Shown piece by piece: positions 18,546 to 27,302 of a DNA stretch of 42,489 nucleotides (position 1 is its first letter; each line of letters starts with the position of its first letter). The position numbers and the translations under genes were made by a program. The stretch is taken from the NCBI GenBank assembly GCA_031285765.1, contig JAITVO010000348.1, positions 1 through 42,489 of the forward strand, read 5' to 3'. Under the pieces are notes generated by a model. The model searched no databases and had not been told where the DNA came from. It saw nothing but the letters and a program-made list of their open reading frames with translations. The stretch is from Cytophagaceae bacterium (GTDB lineage: Bacteria; Bacteroidota; Bacteroidia; Bacteroidales; Marinilabiliaceae).

Positions 18546-19445
18546 TTAAAAAATCTCGTCATCACCATCAAAAAACAAATCGTTTCCGTCGCCGCTGAAA
18601 CTGTCAACAATGTTTCGTGATTCAGGAATTTTAATGGTAAATGTGGAGCCTTCGCCTTTAGTACTGTCAATTTCAATTGTTCCGTCGAGTACATCAAGCA
18701 GCGATTTGATAATGGAAAGCCCAAGCCCGTGTCCTCTGTTGATTGAATTGATGCCCGAATCCAAGCGTTTGAACCGTTCAAAAATAATCTGCTGATTTTT
18801 TTCAGAAATTCCTGTTCCAAAGTCCTGAACGCAAATAGACAGCACATCTTCGTCGTAGTTTACCTTAATAATAACTTTGCTGTCTTTATAGCTGTACTTC
18901 AAGGCATTGTTAAGGAGATTGCTAAGAATGAGTTTTAACTTTTCGCTGTCGGTTTTAAAATAGAAATTCTTTCCGAAACCGTATTCGATATTAAAGTGAA
19001 ATTCAACTTCTATTCCCATTTTACGCGCCACCAGATTGAACGAGTCGATAATGGACTGAATAAGCGATTTAACACTTACTTTGGCAATGTTTGGCATAAT
19101 TTCACCTGCTTCAATTTTAGCGGCAACAAAAATATTTCTCAACTGAAAGTCGAGATTAAATGCTTCGCTGTGTATCAGGGCTACCATGCTCACTACCTTT
19201 TTCCAGTCGTTTTTCTGTACCGAAAGTATCGATTTTGACAGTCCAAGTATGGATGTAAAGGGGTTTATTATTTCGTTTGAGATGTTCGAAATAAAGTGGC
19301 TTTTCATTGATTCCGACTCCTTAAAGCGCTGCGTTACAATCTGTAACTCACCGGAAAGCATTTTTACTTCGTTCTCTAATTTACTTCTCTCGTCAAGTTT
19401 AATTTTCAGTTCCTTCATCAACTGCTTATCCGAAATGTTTGCCAT
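18546..19445 (-). CDS. Soluble histidine-kinase-like protein (coiled coil + DHp-like + intact HATPase_c) with a degenerate H-box
   Basis: N box LSNLLNNALKYS, G1 VQDFGTGIS, F box IFERF and G2 GHGLGLSI are all present. The H-box reads FISNISNEIINPF, so Asn (AAC at 19275-19277) sits where the phospho-His is expected. No TM or sensor domain. Confidence 0.85.
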   Translation of the reverse strand: MANISDKQLMKELKIKLDERSKLENEVKMLSGELQIVTQRFKESESMKSHFISNISNEIINPFTSILGLSKSILSVQKNDWKKVVSMVALIHSEAFNLDFQLRNIFVAAKIEAGEIMPNIAKVSVKSLIQSIIDSFNLVARKMGIEVEFHFNIEYGFGKNFYFKTDSEKLKLILSNLLNNALKYSYKDSKVIIKVNYDEDVLSICVQDFGTGISEKNQQIIFERFKRLDSGINSINRGHGLGLSIIKSLLDVLDGTIEIDSTKGEGSTFTIKIPESRNIVDSFSGDGNDLFFDGDDEIF

Positions 19446-19458
19446 TTTAATTTGTTTT

Positions 19459-20331
19459 TTAATTGTTTTTTCTGAATATTGTTGGTTTAATATGTTCCAA
19501 TGGTAAGTTCATACCTGATATTGACTCGGAATGTCCGATAAAGAAATAGCCACCCGGTTTCAACTGGGTGCAAATTTGCCGAATAACTTTTTCCTGCGTT
19601 TCCCGGTCGAAATATATCAGCACGTTTCTGCAAAAGATAACATCAAATTCATTGGGAAACGAATAGTTATCCATCAAGTTCAGGTAACTTAACGTCAAAT
19701 TGGCTTGCAAGATACGATTTACTTTTATGGTTTGGTTGGCAGGATCTTTACTTTTCAGAAAATATTTTTTCTTCATTTCAAGCGGAACCCCATCAATTTT
19801 TGACGCAGCATAGATGCCTTTCACAGCAATATCAAGCATTTGCGACGAAATATCGGTTGCCGTAATATCGAACCTGAATGCTGGATTGTTTTTGTGAAAT
19901 TCATTTAAAACAATTGATATGGTATAAGGTTCTTCACCGCTCGAACATCCTGCGCTCCAAATTCTGAAAGTTTCGCCGGGCTTTTGTATTTTTTCGTCCG
20001 GTAAAACTGCATCATTCAAAAAGTTAAAATGAACAGGCTCTCTAAAAAAGTCGGTTTTGTTAGTGGTTACCACATTCAAAAATTGAAGGATCTCTTTGTC
20101 CTGCCCTTCTTTGCTGAAAAGATATTCTTTGTACTCGGTAAAGGAGGTCATTTTAAGTTCCCTTATTCTTTTCAGCAATCGTCCCTGCAACATCACCCGT
20201 TTAATGGGGGGCATCTTTATGCCGAACTGGGCATAAATAAACTTGCTGATATCCGCAAAATCTTTTTCAGAAAGCTGCGCTTTAAAACAATCGAAATCGG
20301 GATTGTTTTGTAATATGCTGTTACTATTCAT
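19459..20331 (-). CDS. cheR: Chemotaxis protein methyltransferase
   Basis: 290 aa with the CheR N-terminal helical domain and SAM-MTase motifs (RIWSAGCSSGEEPYT, FCRNVLIYF). Confidence 0.92.
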   Translation of the reverse strand: MNSNSILQNNPDFDCFKAQLSEKDFADISKFIYAQFGIKMPPIKRVMLQGRLLKRIRELKMTSFTEYKEYLFSKEGQDKEILQFLNVVTTNKTDFFREPVHFNFLNDAVLPDEKIQKPGETFRIWSAGCSSGEEPYTISIVLNEFHKNNPAFRFDITATDISSQMLDIAVKGIYAASKIDGVPLEMKKKYFLKSKDPANQTIKVNRILQANLTLSYLNLMDNYSFPNEFDVIFCRNVLIYFDRETQEKVIRQICTQLKPGGYFFIGHSESISGMNLPLEHIKPTIFRKNN

Positions 20332-20363
20332 TCGTTTTGCAAACTGTTAGACTCCTGTTTATT

Positions 20364-20897
20364 TCACAATTTTGCTTTCTTTTTCCCGCTCTGTTTTTCT
20401 TCAACACTTTTCTCTACAGGCGCATCTTCTACGGTATTCATCAGGGCAACTACCTCTTTCCTGTTGAAAATTACATCGGCATCCAATATATATATCAAAC
20501 GGCTTTCGTACATGTAGAAAGATGAAATGTACGTGGGTTTGTAATCCTCTACCGTAACGTTTTTCATATCCGAATTCTTTATTTCGAGAACATCAGAAAC
20601 GCTGTCGATGGAAATGCCGAGCTTGTAACTGTTTAGGTTTTGTTCGTCTTCCAGTTCAAGCACAATCACACACGTCGAGGGTGTAACATTTACCGGAGCC
20701 ATGCCAAACTTAACGCCTGTGTCAACTAAGGGAATAATTTCTTCTTGATACTCGGTAACACCCGCCACAAACGGATAGGTTTGCGGAATCGGTTTAGGAG
20801 GAGTGTATTCCCTTATTTCCCTTACCTTTGAAACATTAATTCCAAAGTTTTCTTCTCCTATTTTAAATACGAGATACGAATTTAATGTAGTATCCAT
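20364..20897 (-). CDS. cheW: CheW-like coupling protein with a Lys/Glu-rich C-terminal tail
   Basis: Single CheW domain (FKIGEENFGINVSKVREI ...). Confidence 0.88.
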   Translation of the reverse strand: MDTTLNSYLVFKIGEENFGINVSKVREIREYTPPKPIPQTYPFVAGVTEYQEEIIPLVDTGVKFGMAPVNVTPSTCVIVLELEDEQNLNSYKLGISIDSVSDVLEIKNSDMKNVTVEDYKPTYISSFYMYESRLIYILDADVIFNRKEVVALMNTVEDAPVEKSVEEKQSGKKKAKL

Positions 20898-20908
20898 ATA
20901 CTTAGCTG

Positions 20909-21361
20909 TTAGTTGTCAATAATTTGAGAAAGATGTTTTAAGTCGATGATATGAATAAAGGTATTCTTGTGAAGAATGGTTCCTTCATACGAATCAATCA
21001 TTCCCTTTTTGCTGTCCAATACAGTTTCTTTTAAGTCTTCGGGTTTAATTTCAATAACTTCGCTTATCATATCAACATAAATTCCGAATCTTATTTCCTG
21101 CGAATCGGAGGGATTGATAATAATAATTGAATGATTCTTTTCTTTTTCGCCGATTTCTTCTTCCATAATCAGGCGCATATCAACCACAGGAACAATGTTG
21201 CCGTGATGATTGATAACGCCAATCATATAGTCGGGTGTATTGGGCACTTTGGTAATAACATCGGGTACTTCGAGGATGTGTAGCACCTGCAAAGCGTCAA
21301 CCGCAAAAATGTTATCTTTCACAATGAACGATAATATCGTGTTTATTTGATTTGTTTCCAT
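20909..21361 (-). CDS. cheW: CheW-like coupling protein
   Basis: 150 aa, single CheW domain. Confidence 0.88.
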   Translation of the reverse strand: METNQINTILSFIVKDNIFAVDALQVLHILEVPDVITKVPNTPDYMIGVINHHGNIVPVVDMRLIMEEEIGEKEKNHSIIIINPSDSQEIRFGIYVDMISEVIEIKPEDLKETVLDSKKGMIDSYEGTILHKNTFIHIIDLKHLSQIIDN

Positions 21362-21373
21362 ATTCTTGCATTT

Positions 21374-23434
21374 TTAAACAACTGGATTTTTTATCATTTC
21401 ACGCGCAGTTTCTTTTTTAAAGCGGCGAGCATTTAATAGGCGCGACGTGTCAATAACCATCGAAATGGTTCCGTCGCCCATAATCGAAGCGCCCGAAACG
21501 TATCCCTGTTTTTCGAGGAATCTGCCGAGCGGTTTCACTACCGTTTGATATTCGCCTACAACCGAATCGGCTATGATGCCCAACTTTTTATCGTCGGTTC
21601 GTATCAAAATCATTTGCGAATACTCTTCGTCGGTTCTTTCGGCTTCTTTGAAAATGTCTCTTAAATCAATATATGGAATTTGCTCATTATTAATGGTTAC
21701 CACATAGTTGAACGAGGTGTCTTTCCTACCTTTCTCTGCCGAGAATATTGTTTCGATTGACGAAATTGGCAATACATAATGATTTGCTGCCACTTTTATT
21801 AGCAATCCGTCGATAATAGAGAGCGTAAACGGCAGGCGGATGGACATAATAGTTCCTTTTCCTTTTTCGGAGTCAATAGAAACATCACCTCTGATACCTG
21901 CTATTTTACGACGCACTACATCCATTCCAACTCCGCGTCCCGAAATATCGGAAACGGTTTCGCGAGTCGAAAAGCCGCTTGTAAAAAGAAGTTCAAAAAT
22001 CTCTTCTTTTGCGAGTTGAGTGTTCGGTTTAATAAATCCTTTTTTTACGGCTTTATTCATTATAATGTCAGGGTCGATTCCTCGTCCATCGTCTGATACT
22101 TCAATAATAACATTAGCGCCCGAATTATAGGCTTTAAAGAGTATTGTTCCTTTGGGTGACTTGCCGGCTGCAATCCGTTCTTCTTTTGATTCAATACCAT
22201 GATCAATACAGTTCCGCAGGATATGAAGCAACGGGTCGGTCAGGTTTTCGATAATGGTTTTGTCCAATTCAATATCGCTTCCTTCAATGATGAAGTCAAT
22301 GTCTTTGTTTTGTTCTTTCGACAAATCGCGCACCAATCGTTGGAAGCGCATCAATTCGCTTTGAAGTGGAATAAGGCTGATGTCAAAAGCATTATCTCTT
22401 AACTGCCGCGACAGTTTCTGTATATTTTCCGCAATAGCGGCAATTGTTGTATCGTTGTTGTTCTCGGCAAAAAGCGAAAGTTGCGATTGTGTAATCACTA
22501 ATTCACTCACAAGTGTAACCAGTTCATCAACTTTGTGCGACGATACTCTGATACTTGATATTTTATGTTCCTTTGCCACCGCCGCTTTCTTTTTCTCTGC
22601 AGCTTCTTCAGGTGTTTCTACGCAATTTTTCACTTCGTTCAGCGTAAGCAGCGTGTTGGTAGTCGAAGCCTTATCAAGCAGTTCTTTCAGTTTTGGGCTG
22701 TTGATAATTGATGCGTCAGCCACCTGATCAATATGCAGTTCGCACTCGCCATCCACAAATATGAAAACTTCCTTAATCTCGTTAATCGACTGTGCTGTAC
22801 TCAAAATAATTTGCCAAAATGTATAACAAGTGTCGGGTTTCAAATTGTCGATATCAGGAATTTTCGACGTAAACGCAACAGTTACGGCTTTTCCCAGCGC
22901 ATGAACATCGTCGAGTAATAAAAACGGATTTGTTCCATTATCCAACAGTTCAGCCTGTGGAATAAAAGTTATCAAATAACTTTTTTCACCTTCTGGATTG
23001 ACCAACTCTTCATTTTTCGTTTGGATGTTTGTTTTCTTTTCGGAGGCGTTTCCTTTGAGAAATGACTCGAATCCGGCAATAGCTGAGTTAAAATCCGACA
23101 ATTCGTTTTTCGACAAATTATCGCCAAACTTCAACAAGTGCATTATCCTGTCAATAGCCGAAAATGTCAGTGTTATCAATTCACTGTTTACATTGATTTT
23201 TTTATTTCTGACATTGTCATAAATAGTTTCGAGGTGGTGTGTAAACTCACTGAGGCGGTTGAATCCGAACATAGCTCCCCCACCTTTTATAGAATGCATT
23301 GCCCGAAAAATCCGTTCAATAAGTTCCTGATTTTCCATATCGTTCTCCAGAAGCAGCAGCGCTTCTTCGAGGTCGCGTATGTTATCCATAGACTCTTCGA
23401 CAAATTTTGCCTTAAATTGATCTATTTTGTCCAT
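21374..23434 (-). CDS. cheA: Chemotaxis histidine kinase CheA (P1 Hpt, linker/P2-like, P3, P4, P5; no C-terminal REC)
   Basis: Hpt motif AMHSIKGG, P3 IRVSSHKVDELV, P4 HILRNCIDHGIE / DDGRGID / GRGVGMDVV, and a P5 CheW-like end. Confidence 0.95.
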   Translation of the reverse strand: MDKIDQFKAKFVEESMDNIRDLEEALLLLENDMENQELIERIFRAMHSIKGGGAMFGFNRLSEFTHHLETIYDNVRNKKINVNSELITLTFSAIDRIMHLLKFGDNLSKNELSDFNSAIAGFESFLKGNASEKKTNIQTKNEELVNPEGEKSYLITFIPQAELLDNGTNPFLLLDDVHALGKAVTVAFTSKIPDIDNLKPDTCYTFWQIILSTAQSINEIKEVFIFVDGECELHIDQVADASIINSPKLKELLDKASTTNTLLTLNEVKNCVETPEEAAEKKKAAVAKEHKISSIRVSSHKVDELVTLVSELVITQSQLSLFAENNNDTTIAAIAENIQKLSRQLRDNAFDISLIPLQSELMRFQRLVRDLSKEQNKDIDFIIEGSDIELDKTIIENLTDPLLHILRNCIDHGIESKEERIAAGKSPKGTILFKAYNSGANVIIEVSDDGRGIDPDIIMNKAVKKGFIKPNTQLAKEEIFELLFTSGFSTRETVSDISGRGVGMDVVRRKIAGIRGDVSIDSEKGKGTIMSIRLPFTLSIIDGLLIKVAANHYVLPISSIETIFSAEKGRKDTSFNYVVTINNEQIPYIDLRDIFKEAERTDEEYSQMILIRTDDKKLGIIADSVVGEYQTVVKPLGRFLEKQGYVSGASIMGDGTISMVIDTSRLLNARRFKKETAREMIKNPVV

Positions 23435-23525
23435 TGAAAAATACTTTATATGTTAAAATAACTGCACAACTTTTCTCTGCTGAACACTTGTCAAAGTCGG
23501 AAACAATCCAACAAATGAATTTGTT

Positions 23526-23533
23526 CAAATATA
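23526..23533 (-). promoter_or_regulatory. Possible internal -7 box TAtaTTTG in the cheY-cheA spacer
   Basis: Exact TAnnTTTG on the minus strand, 92 nt upstream of the cheA ATG, inside the 129-nt gap. Confidence 0.3.
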
Positions 23534-23563
23534 TAAGTGTTAAGCCTTGTGTTTAGCTTATTC

Positions 23564-23929
23564 TTATCGAATAACTCTTGAAATAGCTGAAAGAAGTTTG
23601 GCTGGAACAAATGGCTTTATAATCCATCCCGTAGCGCCCGCTTCTTTGGCTTCCATTTTCTTTTCTGCCTGCGACTCTGTAGTTAAAAATAAAATTGGCG
23701 TATGTTTGTACTGTTCCATTTCGCGAATTTTTCTAATCAACCCCAATCCATCAAGGTTAGGCATGTGTAAATCGGTAATTACGATGTCGATATGGCGACC
23801 GTCGAGAAATTTCAACGCATCTTCACCATCAATACCAACAAGAACCTCGTATCCTTCGTTTTGAAGCGTAAAACTCACTACTTCGCGGATACTTTCAGAA
23901 TCGTCAACGATTAATACTGTTTTTGCCAT
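23564..23929 (-). CDS. cheY: CheY-like single-domain response regulator
   Basis: 121 aa with DD (VDDSE), phospho-Asp (ITDLHMP), T (LFLTTES) and K (IIKPF) all conserved. Confidence 0.92.
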   Translation of the reverse strand: MAKTVLIVDDSESIREVVSFTLQNEGYEVLVGIDGEDALKFLDGRHIDIVITDLHMPNLDGLGLIRKIREMEQYKHTPILFLTTESQAEKKMEAKEAGATGWIIKPFVPAKLLSAISRVIR

Positions 23930-23952
23930 AATAATACTGCTTTATTTTTGTT

Positions 23953-24267
23953 TTAATTGTTTTTGCAAATTATACCGGAAAAACCGGCATTGGTTAATAA
24001 CGATTTTAAATCGTCGGGGACCGAAATCGAAATACTGACATCGAATCCTTCCTTTTGACCGCTTAATTTTAAAGCATAAAGCAACTGAACAAAAGTTACA
24101 TCAATATTCTCAACATTTTCAGTTGAAATGTCGATGCTTTTATGCTTTTTGCGATTTGCATTCAACTCTTCGGTAATTTTCTCAATATTACTGATGGTTA
24201 ATTGCCCACCAAAGACAACGTTCAAGTTACCTTTTTTATTGCTGTATTTTACACTGTAGTTTCTCAT
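23953..24267 (-). CDS. STAS-domain protein (anti-sigma-factor-antagonist-like)
   Basis: 104 aa with a SpoIIAA/RsbV-like layout (L.G.L....I.....L...........ID...V..ID.....L). First gene of the chemosensory operon. Confidence 0.7.
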   Translation of the reverse strand: MRNYSVKYSNKKGNLNVVFGGQLTISNIEKITEELNANRKKHKSIDISTENVENIDVTFVQLLYALKLSGQKEGFDVSISISVPDDLKSLLTNAGFSGIICKNN

Positions 24268-24415
24268 CTTGTAAATAAAATATTTGTTTTAAACTCAATA
24301 CTGTACATGTTTTTAAATCTTTATATCTGCGTAAACAGACTAAAAATCAATGAAAAACACTATTTCACTAACAATTTACCGACCTTTATACTTTGATTAC
24401 CCTAAAAGGGTTTCA

Positions 24416-24443
24416 ATATTTATCGAATGATTTCGATAAATAT
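24416..24443. promoter_or_regulatory. Perfect 12-4-12 palindrome (atatttatcgaa tgat ttcgataaatat); candidate operator upstream of the che operon
   Basis: The arms are exact reverse complements. Centred ~163 bp upstream of the STAS ATG (24267), within the 472-bp intergenic region. Confidence 0.4.
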
Positions 24444-24691
24444 ATCATATTATTTCCGCATACACATATTTATAGCTGATATTATGCACTTTACAAACTA
24501 AAAAAATCATGATTCTGCTGTTTGGGCTAGATTATTTTGTGAGAGTGGAATTATTTTAGTTTATAATCGATTCATTGTTTCCTAATATTTTTCATTCCAT
24601 TTGTCGGGCAACTGTGTAATAGCGCACTTTCGATTTCCAGAAGCAATTTCTGAAAAAGAATTTGTTGCCGCAACATCCTCATGTATGCAAA

Positions 24692-24730
24692 TAAAAAATC
24701 AAAGCCTCACATTGTTCATGCAAGGCTTTG
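24692..24730 (-). terminator. Rho-independent terminator after tRNA-Lys
   Basis: 8-bp stem caaagcct/aggctttg with a 15-nt loop, followed on the minus strand by ATTTTTTAT. Confidence 0.55.
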
Positions 24731-24739
24731 GCTTTCAAG

Positions 24740-24812
24740 TGACCCCGGAGAGGCTCGAACTCTCGACCCATTGATTAAGAGTCAATTGCTCTACCAACTG
24801 AGCTACGGAGTC
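24740..24812 (-). tRNA. tRNA-Lys (anticodon CUU)
   Basis: I folded a full 73-nt cloverleaf by hand: acceptor GACTCCG/CGGGGTC, D arm GCTC-AGTTGGTA-GAGC, anticodon arm ATTGA-CTCTTAA-TCAAT, T arm GAGAG-TTCGAGC-CTCTC, discriminator A. CCA is not encoded. Confidence 0.93.
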
Positions 24813-24913
24813 ATTTTTTTGTTTTTGGCGGTGCAAAGGTAGAGAAAAAATTGAAAAAACAATACTGAACTTATATTTTTTCTGTTTGTAGATGATTATT
24901 TTTTTACGAACAG

Positions 24914-25465
24914 CTAAAACAACTCATTATTGATAATCGTTTCTATTTTCCGAACAGCATGAAAATAAGAGGCTTTTAATGCGCCTACCGAAGTGTTGAG
25001 AATTTTAGACATTTCCTCGTATTTCATATTATCAAAATATTTCATGTTAAAAACGAGACGTTGCTTATCGGGCAACGTAAGAATACTTTTTTGAAGTCGT
25101 TTTTGAATTTCGTTGCCTGCAAACAGCGGGTCGTTGTTCACTTTTTGCGTCATAACAGATTCAAGGTCTTCGAACGAATTTATCAACTCTGCCTTTTTTT
25201 TATTCAAATGACTCAGCGCTTCGTTTGTGGCAATGCGGTAAAACCAAGTAAAAAAAGACGCTTCACCTCTGAAATTAGGCAAACTGTTCCACGCTTTTAT
25301 AAATGTATTTTGCAGTAAATCGTCGGCATCTTCGTGTACCACAACCATTTTGCGCAAATGCCAATAGAGCCGCTGCTGATATTTTTTAACAAGCAGCGAG
25401 AACGCTTCTTCGCGCTTACGCGGATTTTGAAGCATTTCGAGTATCAATTTGTCGTCGGGATACAT
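24914..25465 (-). CDS. ECF-type RNA polymerase sigma-70 factor
   Basis: 183 aa with region 2 (DADDLLQNTFIKAW...WFYRIATNEALSHL) and region 4 (RLVFNMKYFDNMKYEEMSKILNTSVGALKASYFHA). Confidence 0.9.
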   Translation of the reverse strand: MYPDDKLILEMLQNPRKREEAFSLLVKKYQQRLYWHLRKMVVVHEDADDLLQNTFIKAWNSLPNFRGEASFFTWFYRIATNEALSHLNKKKAELINSFEDLESVMTQKVNNDPLFAGNEIQKRLQKSILTLPDKQRLVFNMKYFDNMKYEEMSKILNTSVGALKASYFHAVRKIETIINNELF

Positions 25466-25552
25466 AAAATTTTCGCCCGCGAAAGTACAAAAAAGATTCG
25501 AATTTTTATTTGTCCAAAATTGACAGGGAGCAGTTAAAGCAGATGTTTAATA

Positions 25553-26251
25553 TTATTCAAAATAAAATGTCAGAACAAAAATTCGGGACAATAATTTGTC
25601 TAACACCTTTGTGTAAAGTATATCTTCAATTTCGCCTGTTCCAATGGGATTCAGGATGTTGACCATGCCTATCGAAATTTTAAATTCGGTAGCGAAACGA
25701 AAATAACTCATGTAAGAGTCGATGCCGGCACCCAACTCCCAGCAAACATCGAACGACCGAATCAGCAGACCGTCTTTCCTGCTTTTTGCCAAGTCGTATC
25801 GGGGATTGATGCCTGCCAACAAATAAGGTTTGGCGTTGTGCATTCGCATTCCATTGAATTTCAGCATAAAGGGGCATTCGAGGTAAGTTGATTTTATTTC
25901 GAGCGGGTATTCGTCTTTAACGCCGTTTGTATCAATAAAGAGTAAATCGCGCTGTCCAAAATTGATACCGGGCAATATGCGAAAACTCAAATATTTATTA
26001 ATTCTGAAATTGGAAACCATTCCCAGATTCAGTCCCGGATTCAACGAAATTACATCGGCATATCGCCGCTCGGCGCCGGCTGGAAGTTCGTTGGCATGAA
26101 CAACCCTGTAATTCATCACGTTGAAGCCTATCAGAAATCCGAAGTTCAACGGTTTATTGTCGAATCCGGACAAATTGGGAACTTTGTTTGTTCGCTGTCC
26201 CCAAGCCAACGTTGCTGTGAATACGAATATAAAAAGGATATGAAATTTCAT
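25553..26251 (-). CDS. Outer-membrane beta-barrel protein, PorT/SprT-like
   Basis: Signal peptide ending AWGQ, alternating beta-strand pattern and a C-terminal aromatic residue. The N-terminal NLSGFDNKPLNFGFLIGFN resembles PorT/SprT family starts as I remember them. Confidence 0.6.
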   Translation of the reverse strand: MKFHILFIFVFTATLAWGQRTNKVPNLSGFDNKPLNFGFLIGFNVMNYRVVHANELPAGAERRYADVISLNPGLNLGMVSNFRINKYLSFRILPGINFGQRDLLFIDTNGVKDEYPLEIKSTYLECPFMLKFNGMRMHNAKPYLLAGINPRYDLAKSRKDGLLIRSFDVCWELGAGIDSYMSYFRFATEFKISIGMVNILNPIGTGEIEDILYTKVLDKLLSRIFVLTFYFE

Positions 26252-26494
26252 TCAAAAACAATAATATCGGCACAAAATATATTTACAGAACGATATTCTG
26301 TTGTGATTTATTGCAAAATGATTTGACAAATGCACTTTCAGCATCCATGAAAATATAATTAACATTAGTTTTATTTACTTTTGAGTTTTTTATCAGTAGT
26401 CAATACAAAGCGTTGTTCCTGTGGAACTTTATGAGTTTTGTGTAACATCAGTAACTTACAAACATTAAACTCTTTGAACTCGAAACTTTGATGT

Positions 26495-27139
26495 TTATTT
26501 TAAATCAAAATGGATGGTAATATTATAGGGACTTTCTACTTTTACGCCATCTTTTTTTGCAGGTATCCACTCCCAGTCGTCGGGAAAATCTTCGGCAGTT
26601 TTAAGGACAATTTCGTCCATCATTTCGTTCAGACTTTTGCTGATATAACTGTCCACAATTTTGCCTTCAGTGGAAATTACCAATGTAAGGATAATTTTGC
26701 CTTCAACTTTATTGTCAATAGCTTCTACAGGATAACCAACGCGGCTTGATATAAAAATATAAGGAATTAAAGGGCTTCCCAAAAAAAGAGGTGGAAAAAA
26801 GTTCCGCATTTCGTGGTATTCCGAACCTGCTCGGCGCAACAGTGTGTCGCGAGTAAAATCGTATTGAAACTCAAAAAGACTTCCAAGATTAAAAAACATC
26901 CATGAGCCAGAACGTTTACCTTCTTTGTAACGCCCGCGCTCAATCAGGTTCGACTTGTAATAAAGTTCGTACTTTCCGTCCCATACCGATGTATCCTCGT
27001 CCTTAACTTGATAATGTTCGGTAAAAAGTTTGTCGGCGCTTCGTCGCATCCGCTGTTTTTGTGCCGGCAACAACTGAACAACAGATAAAAACATCACTAA
27101 AACGATGCTGTAAATAAATATTTTGAGTGTTCGATTCAT
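26495..27139 (-). CDS. TonB C-terminal-domain protein with MORN-like repeats
   Basis: N-terminal TM/signal segment. TonB_C-like GYPVEAIDNKVEGKIILTLVISTEGKIVD...IPAKKDGVKVESPYNITIHF. Confidence 0.7.
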   Translation of the reverse strand: MNRTLKIFIYSIVLVMFLSVVQLLPAQKQRMRRSADKLFTEHYQVKDEDTSVWDGKYELYYKSNLIERGRYKEGKRSGSWMFFNLGSLFEFQYDFTRDTLLRRAGSEYHEMRNFFPPLFLGSPLIPYIFISSRVGYPVEAIDNKVEGKIILTLVISTEGKIVDSYISKSLNEMMDEIVLKTAEDFPDDWEWIPAKKDGVKVESPYNITIHFDLK

Positions 27140-27302
27140 TGGATTTTCTTAATAATATAAAATAAAGATTTGGGATGTAATTGTAATGTAGCAGTTTCAT
27201 AAAATATCACGAAGCTGTTTAAAACCGGATGGATGACAAGGAACTTTACCAATTAGTAATAAATAGAAAACTGTTATGTTTTCATTTTCAATTTTCAACT
27301 CT

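Noticed and set aside
24692-24912. Integrated element or genomic island at tRNA-Lys
   Set aside because: There is no integrase, no duplicated tRNA 3' end and no phage or conjugation genes on either side. The che operon has its own long upstream region, and I cannot judge its composition relative to its surroundings without computation.
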